Source: Haliotis rubra
Lineage: Eukaryota
Direction: 5' to 3'
NCBI RefSeq assembly: GCF_003918875.1
Contig: NW_025765625.1
Location: 1,674,001-1,738,000 of the forward strand
Length of the DNA stretch: 64,000 bases
Shown here: positions 39,528-53,700 of the stretch, one piece after another
Position numbering within the stretch: position 1 is the first letter of the stretch
How the letters are laid out: every line of letters starts with the position of its first letter
Position numbers and translations under genes: made by a program
Notes under the pieces: model-generated
Database searches by the model: none
Seen by the model: the letters and a program-made list of their open reading frames with translations, nothing else
Told to the model about the DNA's origin: nothing

Positions 39528-40909
39528 TACTTACGACAGGTCTTTACGCTACGAACGCTTTGGTGGATCAAGAACGGAATCATGCTGTTGATCACTTGAT
39601 TGTCTGGCCAAGACTCGATTATTTACAGACTGCCGTCAAATAGCTGAGTGCGGCCTTAAACACCAAACAAACAATCCAGTCTCCACCAGACAATCCATTG
39701 ATTGCGCGTCTGTCTGAGAACCCTAAAGTGTCTGCAGGATACGAGGTGTATCAGAGCAACCATTTGTGTTCGGCAGGTTAAACTGCTTCAGGTGGTGGGG
39801 TAGGTAAGAGGTTAAAGCGTTCGCTCGTCACGCCGAAGACCCGAGTTCGATTCTCCACATGTGTACAATGTGTGAGGCCCGTTGTGGTGTCTCCAGCTGT
39901 GAGAGAATTCGCATTGACTAAACTGTGAGGCTGCAATATGTTTCAACAAAATGATTCCATGTTCTATTTGACATTGAGAGTAACTGATCCATTATCATAG
40001 CGCGCTGCAGTTCTTTTGACGGTTCAGCTTACGGAAGCTGTCGTAGCAAAACACTTGTGACACGAACTTTTAAGATAGTTTGAATAAAACAATCCCAATA
40101 TGATTTATCAAATATTCATTTTTGTCGAAAACAAAATAAGTGATTTTCAAATAACCCACGCTCGTGAAAGTATTTCCGTATTATTTTGAACATGTACCCA
40201 GATTAGTTCAACGCCCATCCCCGTCACGCAACAGACTACCCCCGTCAAGTAACAGCCTACCAACACGTCAATGTCCCGCATACTGATAACTAGGCTAAAC
40301 CATGGGATTCCAAAAGGGCAACTCGAGAAACTTCTAAAGCCCCTTTCATACTCAAACTCCTCCACAATGTCAGACACATCCTTCAATCAAGCAATTTCAG
40401 CTTTACACAGACGGTTTTCTAAAAGTTTAAACAAACAGCATTCTTGGATTCTATTTACAGCTTGAACCAAGATTTCGTTCATAGGTAATTAGGAGAATGT
40501 TTTCACGTAATTACTCGTTCTTACTGTTTTGTTAATATTAAATGTATCTAAATGTATCTAGTCTTACTAATGACGGCCTGATATTTTCAGTAGACAGTAC
40601 TGTTCTTAGGTGAAGTGTATTAAGTATTAAATGTCAGGTATCTGTGAAGGCGTTTGTTTGTTTTCTTCTTCCACAGTAAATTCTGCTTTGCGTAATTGAC
40701 GATTTGATATTTTCACAGAGCCTTTCAACTGTTAAAAGAAACACATGCCTATTGGAAACCTGAACACAAAATACTCATAAACGTTATCCCATCGGTGTGG
40801 GTTTTTTTAACACATATTTTCCTGTTCACTGACTGTCAATATGATTTTACAAACTGGGACAGAAGTAACGGACACTGTAAGTTTGTTTTGTTCGTGGCCC
40901 TTTATTCAG

Positions 40910-41176
40910 TGAGTGAGTGAGTTTAGTTTTACGCCGCACTCAGCAATATTCCAGCTATATGGCGGCGGTCTGTTAATAATCGAGTCTTGACCAGACAATC
41001 CAGTGATCAACAGCATGAGCATCAATCTGCGCAATTGGGAACCGACGACATGTGTCAACCAAGCCAGCGAGCCTGACCACCCGATCCCGTTAGTCGCCTC
41101 TTACAACAAGCATAGTCGCCTTTTGTGGCAAGCATGGGTTGCTGAAGACCTATTCTACCCCGGATCTTCACGGGTC
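40910..41176 (-). mobile_element. SINE family B with TSD CCCTTTATTCAG
   Basis: Full consensus and a 12-bp TSD. Confidence 0.93.
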
Positions 41177-41385
41177 CCCTTTATTCAGAGCTGAGAGGAA
41201 GTGTTGAGCAGCAGTACGACTAAATCGCTCGTTCATCACCTCAACGACCCGGGTTCCTCACATAAGTACACTTGTGGCATCACCTGATAATTTGAGCAGG
41301 AGAATGGGGTTTCAAAACACACGCACCCACTAAAACCCAATCACCAAGCAACCCATTCGTGACAACACGTCACTTTCCTGTAATA

Positions 41386-41553
41386 GGGGCGGTGGGGAGG
41401 CCCAGTTCTTAAAGCGTTCTCTCGTCACAACGAAGACCCGGGGTCGCTTCCCCACAAGGGTACAATGTGTGATGCCATTTCTGGTGTCTCCCGACGTGAT
41501 ATTGCTGGAATATTGACAAAAGCGGCGTAAAACCCAATTCACCCTCTCACTCA
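41386..41553 (+). mobile_element. tRNA-derived SINE family A
   Basis: Consensus match. Confidence 0.85.
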
Positions 41554-41868
41554 CCTGCAACATGAAGAAACTGAGTTAATGAAATGGCCAAGTGGAGTTC
41601 CCACTTGGCTTGGTGGAAAGACAAAGTACTCCCGACTGCAAGCGACCTGTAGTTAGCCCATTTCAAAGACAGTTGTCAGATGTGGACGAGTCTTCATCTC
41701 AGCCATAAAGAACAGCTGTGCAGTTCAACCAGAGTTATGTATATGTCACCATCACACACGGGGCATCTGCTCTCCTGTAATTATCAGGCCATTATCTGAA
41801 AAATATTTGAAGGCTTAAAAACACTCCAGACATTGATGTCAATGTAGGAAGGATGTCCTTGAGCTGAA

Positions 41869-42009
41869 AATGGCGTCGTGACCACGATAGTGACAAAACA
41901 TATTTTGATGCTTTTATCATTATTATATTATTATTGCTCCTAAAAAACACAAGGGCATCAATAAAAGCATAAAAATATGTTTTGTCACTATCGTGGTCAC
42001 GACACCATT
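41869..42009. mobile_element. ~140-bp hairpin/MITE with ~49-bp arms
   Basis: AATGGCGTCGTGACCACGATAGTGACAAAACATATTTTGATGCTTTTAT and its near-perfect reverse complement. Confidence 0.8.
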
Positions 42010-42232
42010 GTGTCACTCTGAATCTTTGAACAGATCTGAATTTGAAACAGATCAAGAGATATTAGATCATCGATGTTGGATGCTAATTCAATATTCATGG
42101 ACAAATTTCCTGATCACAATTCAGATCCATATATATATCAGCAAGAAGGGATTTCTGGGTGGTAGTGGGTGTGGGGGCAATTGGTGCCCACAGGGATGTC
42201 TATTTCTTGGCTCAATGTCTCATTCCAAAATG

Positions 42233-42435
42233 GACTCGTGAAGATGCGGGATAGAATTGTCTTCAGTAACCCATGCTTGTCGTAAGAGGCGACTAACTGG
42301 ATCGGGTGGTCAGGTTCGCTGGCTTGATTGACACATCTCATCGTATCCAATTGCGTTGATTGATGCTCATGTTGTTGATCACTGGAGTATTTACATATAA
42401 ATGGAATATTGCTGAGTGGCGTGAAACTAAACCCA
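42233..42435 (+). mobile_element. SINE family B
   Basis: Consensus match with an internal deletion. Confidence 0.85.
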
Positions 42436-42589
42436 CATCCTTATTGGGGACGACGTATATCACGGCAGCGTGAAAACGTAAACGCCAGAGAATATACAAT
42501 CTATGTTACACACTGAAACAGACGCGACTGGTCTAAACGGCTAACCAGCAGTGAAACTTACGATATTTGATTACTGAAAATCAGTGATG

Positions 42590-45060
42590 ACACCAGGTGT
42601 TCGAGAAGAGACTCAAGTTCGTACAAGGACATGAAGATCCGCTTCATCAGGATCTGACGACACGCAGTCCAGAATTCACCCAGACTGACCATCCGATCCC
42701 GTTAAGTCTGTTATAACCACATGCATGCGATACTCTAGACGTATTTTGCCCCAGAATCTCCAGAGATGTAATCCTAATACGATTACAAATTCAGTGCCTA
42801 ACTCATTCCAAATGACATTTATAAAGTGCTGGAAAAGCGCAGCTGAGATGCAAAGAGTCCATCATGTCCCCACATGGGTATTTCCCTATCATCACCTCTG
42901 CAGTACACTCTCAGTAACCCTTTTAGAATGGTATTGACTTTGGGTGTATTGTTACGTTAGTAAGTAATTCAATTCTGATGGCGCTCGGCAACATTAAAAG
43001 GCAATTAATCTAAGTGCAAGTACGTCAATAATACATTACATCCCCGGAAGGGATAATCTGTAAAACAGGTTACATTTTTTGGACGTTGCCCCATGTTTGT
43101 TCACATGATCACCTACACATGCAAGGTTCTACAATTGCTAATCGTTACTGGATATCATTAATGCATAGGTAACTTTGCCACCAGTGTAATAATGTCTAAT
43201 CAGATTGATAATCACCAAGAATAATCTCCTTAACAAGAAACAGACAACTACATCTCCAGAACGAATGATTAATATTGTGCAGCTTCACAAAACTTTCCTT
43301 CAAACATTAAATTGACATTTGCTGGCAGCTGAGATCAATGTAACCTGACAAAGTGAGAAAAAATTAATCAAGAGCATCTTCAAATTGAATCACGCGAACG
43401 TGATTATATATAAATGGATTACATTCCGCTTGACGATTTACTGTTTTCTTTATCGGCAGAGTGTGCATTCAACTCGACATGAAGTTCATAAAGTTTTGTT
43501 ATTTTTCGAGCAAAACCTTAAGAAGTTTTAAAGAATAGTAATTTTATAACACGGAGGCATTTGCTGGATCAAACACGTTTATGCTGTTTTTGTTTAATTA
43601 ATGTCAGCTAGTAACATTGGAGTTTACAAAATCGGGCCTGGACCAGACAATCCAGTGAGTGACATTATGAGCAACTTCCGGCAACGCCGGGTTATGATGA
43701 CACGCAATCAACCAAGTCACGGTGTATAACAGCTCGATCCATCAAATAACCACTTAGTCCCACCATTGGTTCCTTGAGTTGTATTCTAACCCACACTCCG
43801 ACTTGTTCACATATTTCATGACAATGAAATTTAAATGTTCAGCTTCAAGATCTGAGCTTCGTTACCTGTCCCCCTAATTCCCGGTTTTAAAAAAACACTA
43901 TTGTTTTATTTTCGTATGGCATCATTGTCGTATGCATGTGGCCTTTTACGCCCTAAGAAAACAGTTTATGCAGACAATAGAAAGTCAATATTCCCTATGG
44001 TTGTCGCTTTGAAATGGTACAACTAGTGACAGAACGGATCATTCCTGGCACCATGAATGGTGAATTTTACGCCAGATCGATCTAGTATTTATCACAATAG
44101 TAAACAATGGCAGTCACCCAACGCGTGTTTACACAAAGGTTCAAAGAGAGCTGATTTCTTTTATAAAAAATAAACATTCAAGTTTAACCAAGTAATCTGC
44201 CTCCACTGCATTTTCCAACACTACATCACCTGAGACAAAATCACTACACAGCTTCATCACGTGACACATTTGAATCTCATGTTTCCACAGCCACCGCTCT
44301 TGCAAATGTCCAAACATATGCCTATGGGTTCTGGCAACAATAAAAATTAATTTCCATTAAATCGTTCTCAATTTTTTTCTAAAAATTCTAAATCTAGATT
44401 AGCTACGAACCTGACTTCAAAGACGTTAAGATGCCCAAGAGGAAAACATTAAGAAGTCCTGATTTCCCCAGTGAAACAAGCTATCATAAGTCACATCTGC
44501 AACTACAAGTTCATCAAGAGCAAATCAACTCCAGTCAAGATCGGCTTCTCTTAAAAATACCTGCAATCGACCGAATAAGGAGATAAAGACAGTTAATGGA
44601 TTTTAAAAATGATTTCAAAGTGTGCTCCTCAAACGATGTAGCGAATTTAAAAACGAAAGCGAAGGAGACCAACAGTGGACTAGACAAGAACGTTAGGGAA
44701 ATGGACTTACCGGGTATTAAGGATACCTGCGAACGTTGAAATGAATAAACCATTGAGGCCTTACACGGGGAGCCATCTGCCCACGTGCTTCTTCTGTAAT
44801 CTTGATATTATCACCCTGTTTGTGGGGCCGGTGTGGTAGCCTAATGGTTAAAGCGTTCGCTCGTCACGTCGAAGACCCGGTTCGATTCCCCGCATGGGCA
44901 CAATGTGTGAAGCCCATTTCTGGTGTTCCCCGCTGTGATATTGCTGGAATATTGCTAATACTAAACTCGCCCACGTGGCGGGAGAACTCAGAGGGACTAC
45001 AATCCCTGTCGGTATATACCAGAGTTTGTACATTGTGCGGGGTCAGTGAGAACAAGGCTC
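42590..45060 (+). pseudogene. Decayed unit copy 4: V (42590-43570) and Y 5' part (44030-45060); further Y fragment at ~49880-50060
   Basis: 44030-44820 is a direct repeat of 10135-10870; V is the reverse complement of 61080-62230. Confidence 0.65.
44823..44970 (+). mobile_element. tRNA-derived SINE family A
   Basis: A/B boxes and consensus body. Confidence 0.85.
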
Positions 45061-45870
45061 ACAGTTCACTCTCAAACATAAATGTTTTTGTAGACATGGC
45101 ATTAAATACAAGAAAAAGCATATAGTATATAGTGGACAGCCCTTTCCATTTTTTAAGTTCAACTGCTTTCAAAGGGTCATTTGTTTGTTTGTTGTTTAAC
45201 ACCGCAAGCAACAATATTCCAGCTATATGGGCGTGGTCTGTCAATAATCGAGACTGGATCAGACAATCCGCTGAATGCGGCGTAAAACTAAACTCACTCG
45301 CTCACCCTTTTAGGGTAAACATTTCTTGACCTAATGGCAGAACCCACGACTCACACAATTCCTGTAATGGGCTGAACAACAGGTGTGCTCATTGTAAAAC
45401 TGTGAAATGTGAGACGATTAATTTTGTTCAAGTTCATTTCCAGTCAAACGACACCGGATTTTCATCAAAACCGACATCGACACCAACACCAATGTGTTCA
45501 AATGACAAAAGTTGTGAATTATACTTATATTTCACTATTAAAACATCATTTGTTAAATGACCGGTACTGCAGATTTAATGTGCTATAACACATCGTGTAT
45601 AATCTTTAAGGTAGAAATAATAACTAGACTTCCCTGTAGAATCCTTAACATTGATTTACAAGGACTTGGATTATAATTATAGATGACGTAAAAATGCATC
45701 TGACGTCAGGTTAACATACATGTTTGTGTTTTATTGCCTATTTACTACATTTATCTAAAAACAAAGTTAACATCGATATTTTACTGGAGGACACAGTATG
45801 CTTTAATTCCACTCCAGTTACTGTGCCCGACAGTCTGATTCTCAGACAAAGACATTAATTATGAATAAGA

Positions 45871-46027
45871 GAACACATGACAAAATATGAAAACATGAAC
45901 GATCAAAAGCAGTCATTGTTGCAAGGGGCCTCCTTTCACGTTATCTAAGAACACATGACAAAATATGAAAACATGAATGATCAAAAGCAGTCATTGTTGC
46001 AAGGTGTCTCCTTTCACGTCATCTAAG
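45871..46027. repeat. Tandem duplication, 2 x 78 bp
   Basis: GAACACATGACAAAATATGAAAACATGAA.GATCAAAAGCAGTCATTGTTGCAAGG at 45871 and 45949. Confidence 0.9.
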
Positions 46028-46689
46028 ATCAGTCGGAATGTCGACACTGTGATCACATCAAGCCCCTTCATAGGACAAGTGGCATTGTGAGACACATCCC
46101 AGCTGCATGATGAAAGGTATTTTTAACGGACATGAGGATCGTGTATTCACAGACCACTTCAGCATTATCTTCATGCTCTTCTGTGGCTTCGTGTTTTGCG
46201 ACAAACGGGATTCAATGTTGAACCTAACGAACGATTGCAATTTAGGTGATAAACATGTTTTGTCAAATGTTTGGTTGTTATTGAGGGTTCGATTTTACAA
46301 CTTGGAATAATCATGATCCACAAAAAATGAAAACTCATTCTTGATTACGGAAAGTGGATATAAACAATTAAAAAAAATTGATACCGATTACACAGTTTCC
46401 GTGATACAGTCTTTTTTAACAACAACTGATATTTTGGATTAAGTTGAAGCACACACAAGTGATTTTACAACGTCGCACAATACGGTGAACGCTCGTTTGT
46501 GTGCGTGCATTCGAGTAAGTGTATGTTGGGCTTCCAATACTACTAGTGGTACGTACGCACACACGTGGGGGATCCTGACCTGTATACAGCAGCAAATAAT
46601 ACCACAATGTTTTCTTTGGTGATACTGTAACCGGGGGTGTTCAATGAGTTAAAGTCAGAACAAACGCCCTGAAACATATACATAACAAT

Positions 46690-46693
<4 letters not shown>

Positions 46694-46778
<85 letters not shown>
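46694..46778. repeat. Compound (CA)n(TA)n microsatellite
   Basis: Directly visible. Confidence 0.95.
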
Positions 46779-47356
46779 TGCGTATGTAAGGGTACATCAC
46801 AATTACAATTCATATTTATATTCATATATATTCACACATTTAATCAAACGGATGACTTGGTATAATGTAGTTAACTAACACATTTATCAAATACATTCAA
46901 GGATAAACTACACTGACTATGTATGCATATGATATGCATAAAGACTACTTTTATATAAATACACAAAAAGAGTTACAAGCGTACCCTGTGGGTTGTGCTG
47001 GGGCGCGGACTGACTAAACCAGTTGATTATATCAGCTGCATCTAAATACAATAAATATACAAATATAAATGCTATTGAAAGACTGGGTAACATACCATGT
47101 ATGACCCACAACATACCTAGGGACACTTCAAAACATACATACATAGTTATAGACAAACACATAAATGATAATAAGTATATGCTCGCTCACTCATTCTCAA
47201 TGACAGAAAAAAGAAAGTGAAAAGCTGTTGTTTAGGTGAATTAAATTGTGTATAGACTTACTGTATTAGTTGAATTACATTTTGGGTTATACCTATATTG
47301 ATTATATAGATGATATTAAAACATGATTTTACTATAACTGATTAAGTCACTATATA

Positions 47357-48655
47357 TAGTATGACCAGAAATTATTGAGAATTTTAGGAATATGTATAAT
47401 TGGATTTCTAGTGTAAACAACCTTGACCAGCTATCAAGTGCTTGGTTTCATTCAAGAGAGACAACTCCGTTAATCCTTTTTCATTAGTTTGTGAAGAGTT
47501 ATCCCCCTTTGTTTACTTGCTAGCAGACGACATTTTCAGTGATCCTCAGTATGGATGATTTAGAGAAGAGGAAGTTGATTTTAGAGTATTATAACAAGGA
47601 CATCAGATCAGCTAAAGTGATTTCAAGTAGAACAGGCATCCCTTTGTCCACTGTTTATCGTGTTTTGAAAAATATTGCAAATGGATATGGCATTGAGCAC
47701 CAGGGAGGCGCAGGTAGGCCCAGAAAATTGACTGTCAGTGACAGGAGGCTGCTTGGTATTCTTGTTTCTAAAAACAAACGAAGGAGTTTAGAAAACTTAA
47801 GGCTGGATATGATTGATAGAGGAACTGTGGCTGTCTGTAAGGAGACAATTAGAATTGAGCTGCATGCAATGGGTTGGCAGAAAAGTCGAGGAATTCCATC
47901 ACCGATCATGAAACCTGAACAAAAGGAGCGAAGGTTGAACTGGTGCTTACAGCATAGAAATTTTAACTGGGACAATGTGATTTTCTCAGATGAAAGTTCT
48001 GTGTGGCTGTTTCCTAATACACTGAAATTCTGGACCAAACAAACTGAAAAACCTTTGTATCAGCGCCCTAAGTACAGTCCGAAATTTAACGTGTGGAGTG
48101 GCATATCTGTGTTAGGGGCAACACCCCTCTGTGTATTTGAAGGGAATGTGAACAGTGAGCGGTACACAGATATTCTCGAGGGACATTTACTTCCATCTGC
48201 TCACGTGTTCTATGGAAATTTTTGATTTTCCAGCAGGACAACGACCCAAAACATCGTTCAAAGCATTCACAGGCCTGGTTTCGGACCCAAAATATGACAT
48301 TATTAGATTGGCCAAGCAATAGACCTGACCTAAATCCAATAGAAAATGTTTGGGGACTTATGAAGGAAAGTGTCAATAAGAAAAAGCTGACAAATATTGC
48401 TGAAATGAAAGAAGAGGTGGTCCGATATTGGGACAGCATGGACAACGACTTTCTAACTTCTTTGATCAGTAGTATGCCCCGCCGCATTGAAGCCTGCATT
48501 GCTGCCCATGGGGACATGACAAAACACTAACTGTTCACCTGTCTTTGAATCTGGAGTTATGTTCTGCTAATATTCACATTTAATACGTGAGTAATGAGTG
48601 AAAATTTAAAAACAAAATACAATCTTTAAATTCTCAATAATTTCTGGTTGTACTG
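47357..48655 (+). mobile_element. Tc1-family DNA transposon (DD34E), near full length, single frameshift at ~48220
   Basis: TA-flanked TIRs; ORFs 47539-48225 + 48222-48530 give HTH, GRPRK, FSDES, QQDNDPKH and PDLNPIEN with 34 residues between D and E. Confidence 0.97.
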
Positions 48656-48732
48656 TACAAGTACATAATTGTGAAATACATACAAAATACATAACTTACC
48701 TGTAGTAATGTCTGTTCAGTCTTAGTCTACAG

Positions 48733-48960
48733 GACCCGTGAAGATCCGGGATAGAATAGGTCTTCAGCAACCAATGCTTGCCTCACAAGGCGACTATGCT
48801 TGTCGTAAGAGGCGACTAAAGGGATCAATTCCCAACTGTGCAGATCGATGCTCATGCTGTTGATCACTGGATTGTCGGCTCCAGACTCGATTATTTACAG
48901 ACCGCCGCCATAAAGCTGAAATATTGCTGAATGCGGCGTAAAACTTAACTCACTCACTCA
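48733..48960 (+). mobile_element. SINE family B with TSD CTTAGTCTACAG
   Basis: Consensus match and a 12-bp TSD. Confidence 0.93.
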
Positions 48961-49525
48961 CTTAGTCTACAGTGGTTTGTTTGCTCTGCTTGTGAAGTGC
49001 TCAACATTAGTATTTTAAACAAGGCCAACCAGGCGTAAGCTGTCTTTAACAAAGGATTGACTCAAGCTATGTAATCTTAGCCCACAGGTACCCGAAGGCA
49101 ATTAAATATTATTAAAACTGAATTAAAGACAAGTCAATCAGGAGCTCAGTTTAAGTTTATTTGATTCTGTACTGCACAGTAAAAGTTAATACATTATTTC
49201 ATTACAACATTGAATATATACAAATATGTAAAATACACAGATATATACATATACAACACTACCACAGTACTAGTGTTGTTTTTAACGATTAAGACTCAAA
49301 TACGACCATTTCGTGAAGTCTTTACTCTTCACCATTACACTCAGAGGATGACTTTACCATTCAAGACAAAGCTTAGGGGTTGTCTTTTCCGTTTCTCAAG
49401 TTCTGGAAACCTATTTTCCAAATTTCTGACAGATTACACTCACCTGTTCACAATCGACTCTTCAACATCTCTTTTTATTAGTTATTAAATGTTTTTGCCC
49501 GTTTTACATTTACTCCAATAGTTAA

Positions 49526-49821
49526 TGAGTGAGTGAGTGAGTTATTATTTAACGTCACATCGGCAATATTGCAGCCATATCGTGACGAAAACATATATAT
49601 TTGGCATTGAAATGGAATATATGTATATTATAAAAACCTGTCGACGAAGGTCAGTAAAACAACTAGAATATCACAATTAGAATTACAACTAGCGTGGAAA
49701 GTTAAAACTAATAGCACTATTTGGACAATACAATATAAAAACAGGCTATAGATCGCCAACAACTGAAGGAAGATCACCATACTAGGAACCATGGGGACTT
49801 ACATTATTTTTGCTACCTGCA
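49526..49821 (-). mobile_element. Retroposon family C with TSD TACTCCAATAGTTAA
   Basis: 15-bp TSD at 49511-49525 and 49822-49836; (ACTC)n tail. Confidence 0.9.
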
Positions 49822-50759
49822 TACTCCAATAGTTAAATTATCATTTGCCAGATGATAGAACATTGTAAACAGAAGGATCTCCAGTTACAGGATGTGTAAT
49901 ATGATATGGCGCATAATTTCGAAATGCACTGTTTAAGTTGACAGTAACCCACTGCAAAGGCCTGATCTGAATATCAAGACTATCGAGTGAAATACCTAAC
50001 ATGTTGTTGTCCAAGTTACACAAACATGTTGAAACAGCTGGAGGCTGAGTAGCAACTTTGTGCTTTGTTTGATACTCCACTACATGAAACCAAGGCTAAA
50101 ACAGATTATTTCATAGAAATTAAATCTTTGAATTTTCTCACTCTCTCTCTCTCTCTCTGGTATCGATTCCGTAGAATCATTTGGAGTTGGACCGAAAGGC
50201 TACTATCTTCAGTTGAACAAAGCACTTCACGAACATCCAGCCCCAAAACATTTCATCACTCTGACCTTCACATATATCCCATGGTTTAAATATGACCATT
50301 GGAAAAGGATTTACATGGCCAAGGTGAGGTTTAGTAATATATTTGTGACTGGTAAACGACAGGAGAATATATTCATATTCGTGTTCTTAAATTATCGAAT
50401 GGGTACAAACCAATGGAACACTTTTGGTTAAGGAGTTCGGACATGATGGGTGATCCAAATTCTTTCTGCACGTACTTTCTATCCAATGGAAGAACGGGGA
50501 ATGTCAACATATAATAGCCAATCACCAGGAAAGGATTGACAATCAACGAATGTAGGAAATTTGAATGACGAATACCTACATTTTACCTTTGGCATATTTA
50601 AAAAAACATGCACTGAAAACAATTGGGAGTAAAAATTAAACATGAGAGGATTCCATTTAATCCATGAAGTGATTTCGAGAGCAAGCCTTTTCAGTTCTTA
50701 TTATCAGAACCAGTCATTTGTCAAATGTTTATATTACCCTTGTCGGAATGTTCAACCTG

Positions 50760-53700
50760 TAGTGTCATCTTTCGTCTAGACATGACCGTCTATCAATTTT
50801 AACCTCCTTAAACTGCCAGACCAATAAATGGCATTAGGTTGCTCAAGCGATCCTGCTATGCATTAGGATGAGGTCAAGCGATATTGAGTCGACTCTAAAC
50901 TTGGCAGCTATTACCACAGGCTGGGACATACGAGCTATTTTGCCTACACGTAGTGCAGTTAAGAATGTTGCATTCACCTGACCTTACATTTTCGGCTCTT
51001 ATGACACGTCGACATAAATAACATTGGAGAAATAGTTCGTTATGTACTCGCTTTTTAGAATAGACAGTCTCGTGTTTCTCTTCATCATGGACATACTCAA
51101 CTGCCGTAAATCAGTGTTAGATAGTGAGGCATTAATTGGAGACGTCAAAACAATAATTAAACCAATTATGTTGTTATTTTAACAAATTAACCTGAAGAGT
51201 AAAAAGGTTTTACGAACCTGAAATTGATGTCATCAGTTGAATAAATATTTCGATTTGAAGAAAACAAATGGTTCCTTTCCTTCTGGTAATGACGTTACAG
51301 AATGTTTCTTTAACGCAGCTACAAGAGTGTAAGACTCATGGCCATATACACGTAGATTAAATAAATAATCCTACAGGAGACACATCAACCCGTGTTATGT
51401 CACCTTGACCTGTAAAAGCGTCCGTGTGCACTGGTTCCATTTTGTCTTGGTAATGAGATCTGGAAGCGTATGTGATAGTTTTGAACTTTTTAAAGTCGAA
51501 ACTTAAATTAAGTTTAAATGTCATTGCCATGCGGTTTCACTTTCATCATTCACACTGATGCATCGTTTTTGTGATATCTAAACTAAACACTATATCGCTT
51601 TGCAAATCGCAACTTGATGCTCCGCAGGGAGGCCTGCGTTACACAACTCAAAACACAAATCTTTGTAAAAATATACATTACCATTATATAATTCTACAAA
51701 TAACTTTTCATCTGATTTCATTTTCAGTTTTTAGATTTAGTATCACGATAGAAATATCACATTAACGAACTGCATATCAATGGCGGACTTACGCCATTTG
51801 TCACATACACATTTGGTCCATTTTTGCTCTTTCTCACATCAGGTAAAAATAAATTAAATAAAACGTTAATTGCCGTTAAACTAGTTTCATTCGTGAAGTT
51901 TAAACAATCTGAGGCGTCGCAATTTAAGGTGCAAAGTTACGTCTCATAGGGATCGTGAAAGTAACTTTTGCTGTGCCTATAATTTACATCTGACATCTGA
52001 GCATGTATTTACAGGTTCTGCAAAGTAGTTCAAGTCGTGAACTTGCATCATTTTGGATTTCTTGCAACCTAAAATTTTCACGCTATGACTTAACTGGAAG
52101 ACTGTTGACATTACCTTCAGGCTTCATGATTACCACTGGTCAACTGTTTGTGCCGATAAATAACATTAGGGTGTTCATGTGATCTTGCAATGAATTAGGA
52201 TAAAGTCAATCGATACTGAGTCGACTCGGCTATACGAGCTATTATGTCTATACCTAGCCCAGTTAAATACTCTGCATTGACTAGACCCAATAATTTCGTG
52301 TCTTGTAACACATCCATATAAATAGCAGTGGAGAAATAGTTCCGTAAGTACACGTTAACTAGAAAAGAGAGTGAGTGTCTTGTTGCTCCTTTGTGATTCG
52401 TTGTACGTGTTGATTATGGACAGACCTAACTGGCGCACCTCACTGGAAATAATGAAGACATTAGGGAAGGTAAGCCAATATTGAAACCGGGTGTGTTATT
52501 TTAGTCGAAGAATCAAAACAACATTATTGACATGAAACATATTCCAAAGGTTTCAAGATACAGAAATTGATACATACATCTAATTTTTTCACGAATGTTC
52601 GATTTCAAGAAAACGTTTAACTCGTTTTCCCCTGATAAGACGTCATTGGTTCCAGTCAAATTACTTTGAGACGGTTCCAAGAAGTGACACCACACCACCC
52701 CCTAATAGTGATCATGGCTAAACCTAATGATTTGGTTAATTTAGTCACAACCTATCAAACCATCAAATGACGATGAACTTAATATCAATCACTGGTTTTT
52801 CTGGACCAAATCCGATATTTCCAATGCGCCGCCATATACCCGGTAGCTCAAAAAAATGATTGTAAACAACCAAAATCATTTGCTTCGTGATGATATTCAC
52901 AGCTTGAAAAGTATTCACATAAGAAAAGCCTGAGGCACGATGGCATTGCACAAGAAATCTGCAGGACATATCTACCCTTTTCGTGTCATCACTGATGTTC
53001 TGTGCTTCATTCATAAAATTGTCACAGTTTTTTTGTCTTTACCTCATACAGAATTTTTTTCATGACTGGGTAGTCTTTTACACCAACGTTCTACATTTAA
53101 ATGATGCACAACATCCTATCGCAGAGTTAGTTAATGAGTGAGTGAGTATATATATAAAGTGTTGAAATAAATCCTGACATGGACTAAAGTAATTGCATCG
53201 CGCAGATTTAGGTCTGAAGTGCACATTCCACAATCTATGCATATGTGCCTCCAAAGTGAGTGAGGAGTTTAGTTCAACGCCGCTTTTCGCAACAGTCCAG
53301 CAATATCACGGCAGGGGACACCAGAAATGGGCTTCACACATAGTACCCATGTGGGGAAATGAACTCGAGTATTCGGCGTGACGAGCGAACGTTTAAACCA
53401 CAGGGCTACCCCACCGCACCTGTGCCTCAAAAACTACATTATCGCCACATATATCCTCATGTCACCAGTAACGAAGACTCAGGACTTGATTCAGAGAATT
53501 AGTGGTATGAGTGGGGTTTGTGATAGAACATAGTCAGGACAAGTACTCGCTCTCAATACCCACCAGCATGGAGAAAAAAGCTAAAGAAGCATACACGAGG
53601 CACATAGATCCATGTCATATCTCCTTGTGTGCAGTTCTTCTTGTCTCTTTTTCATTCCGTCATTAATCAAAACGATTATCCCACAGTCAGGTAATGAGGG

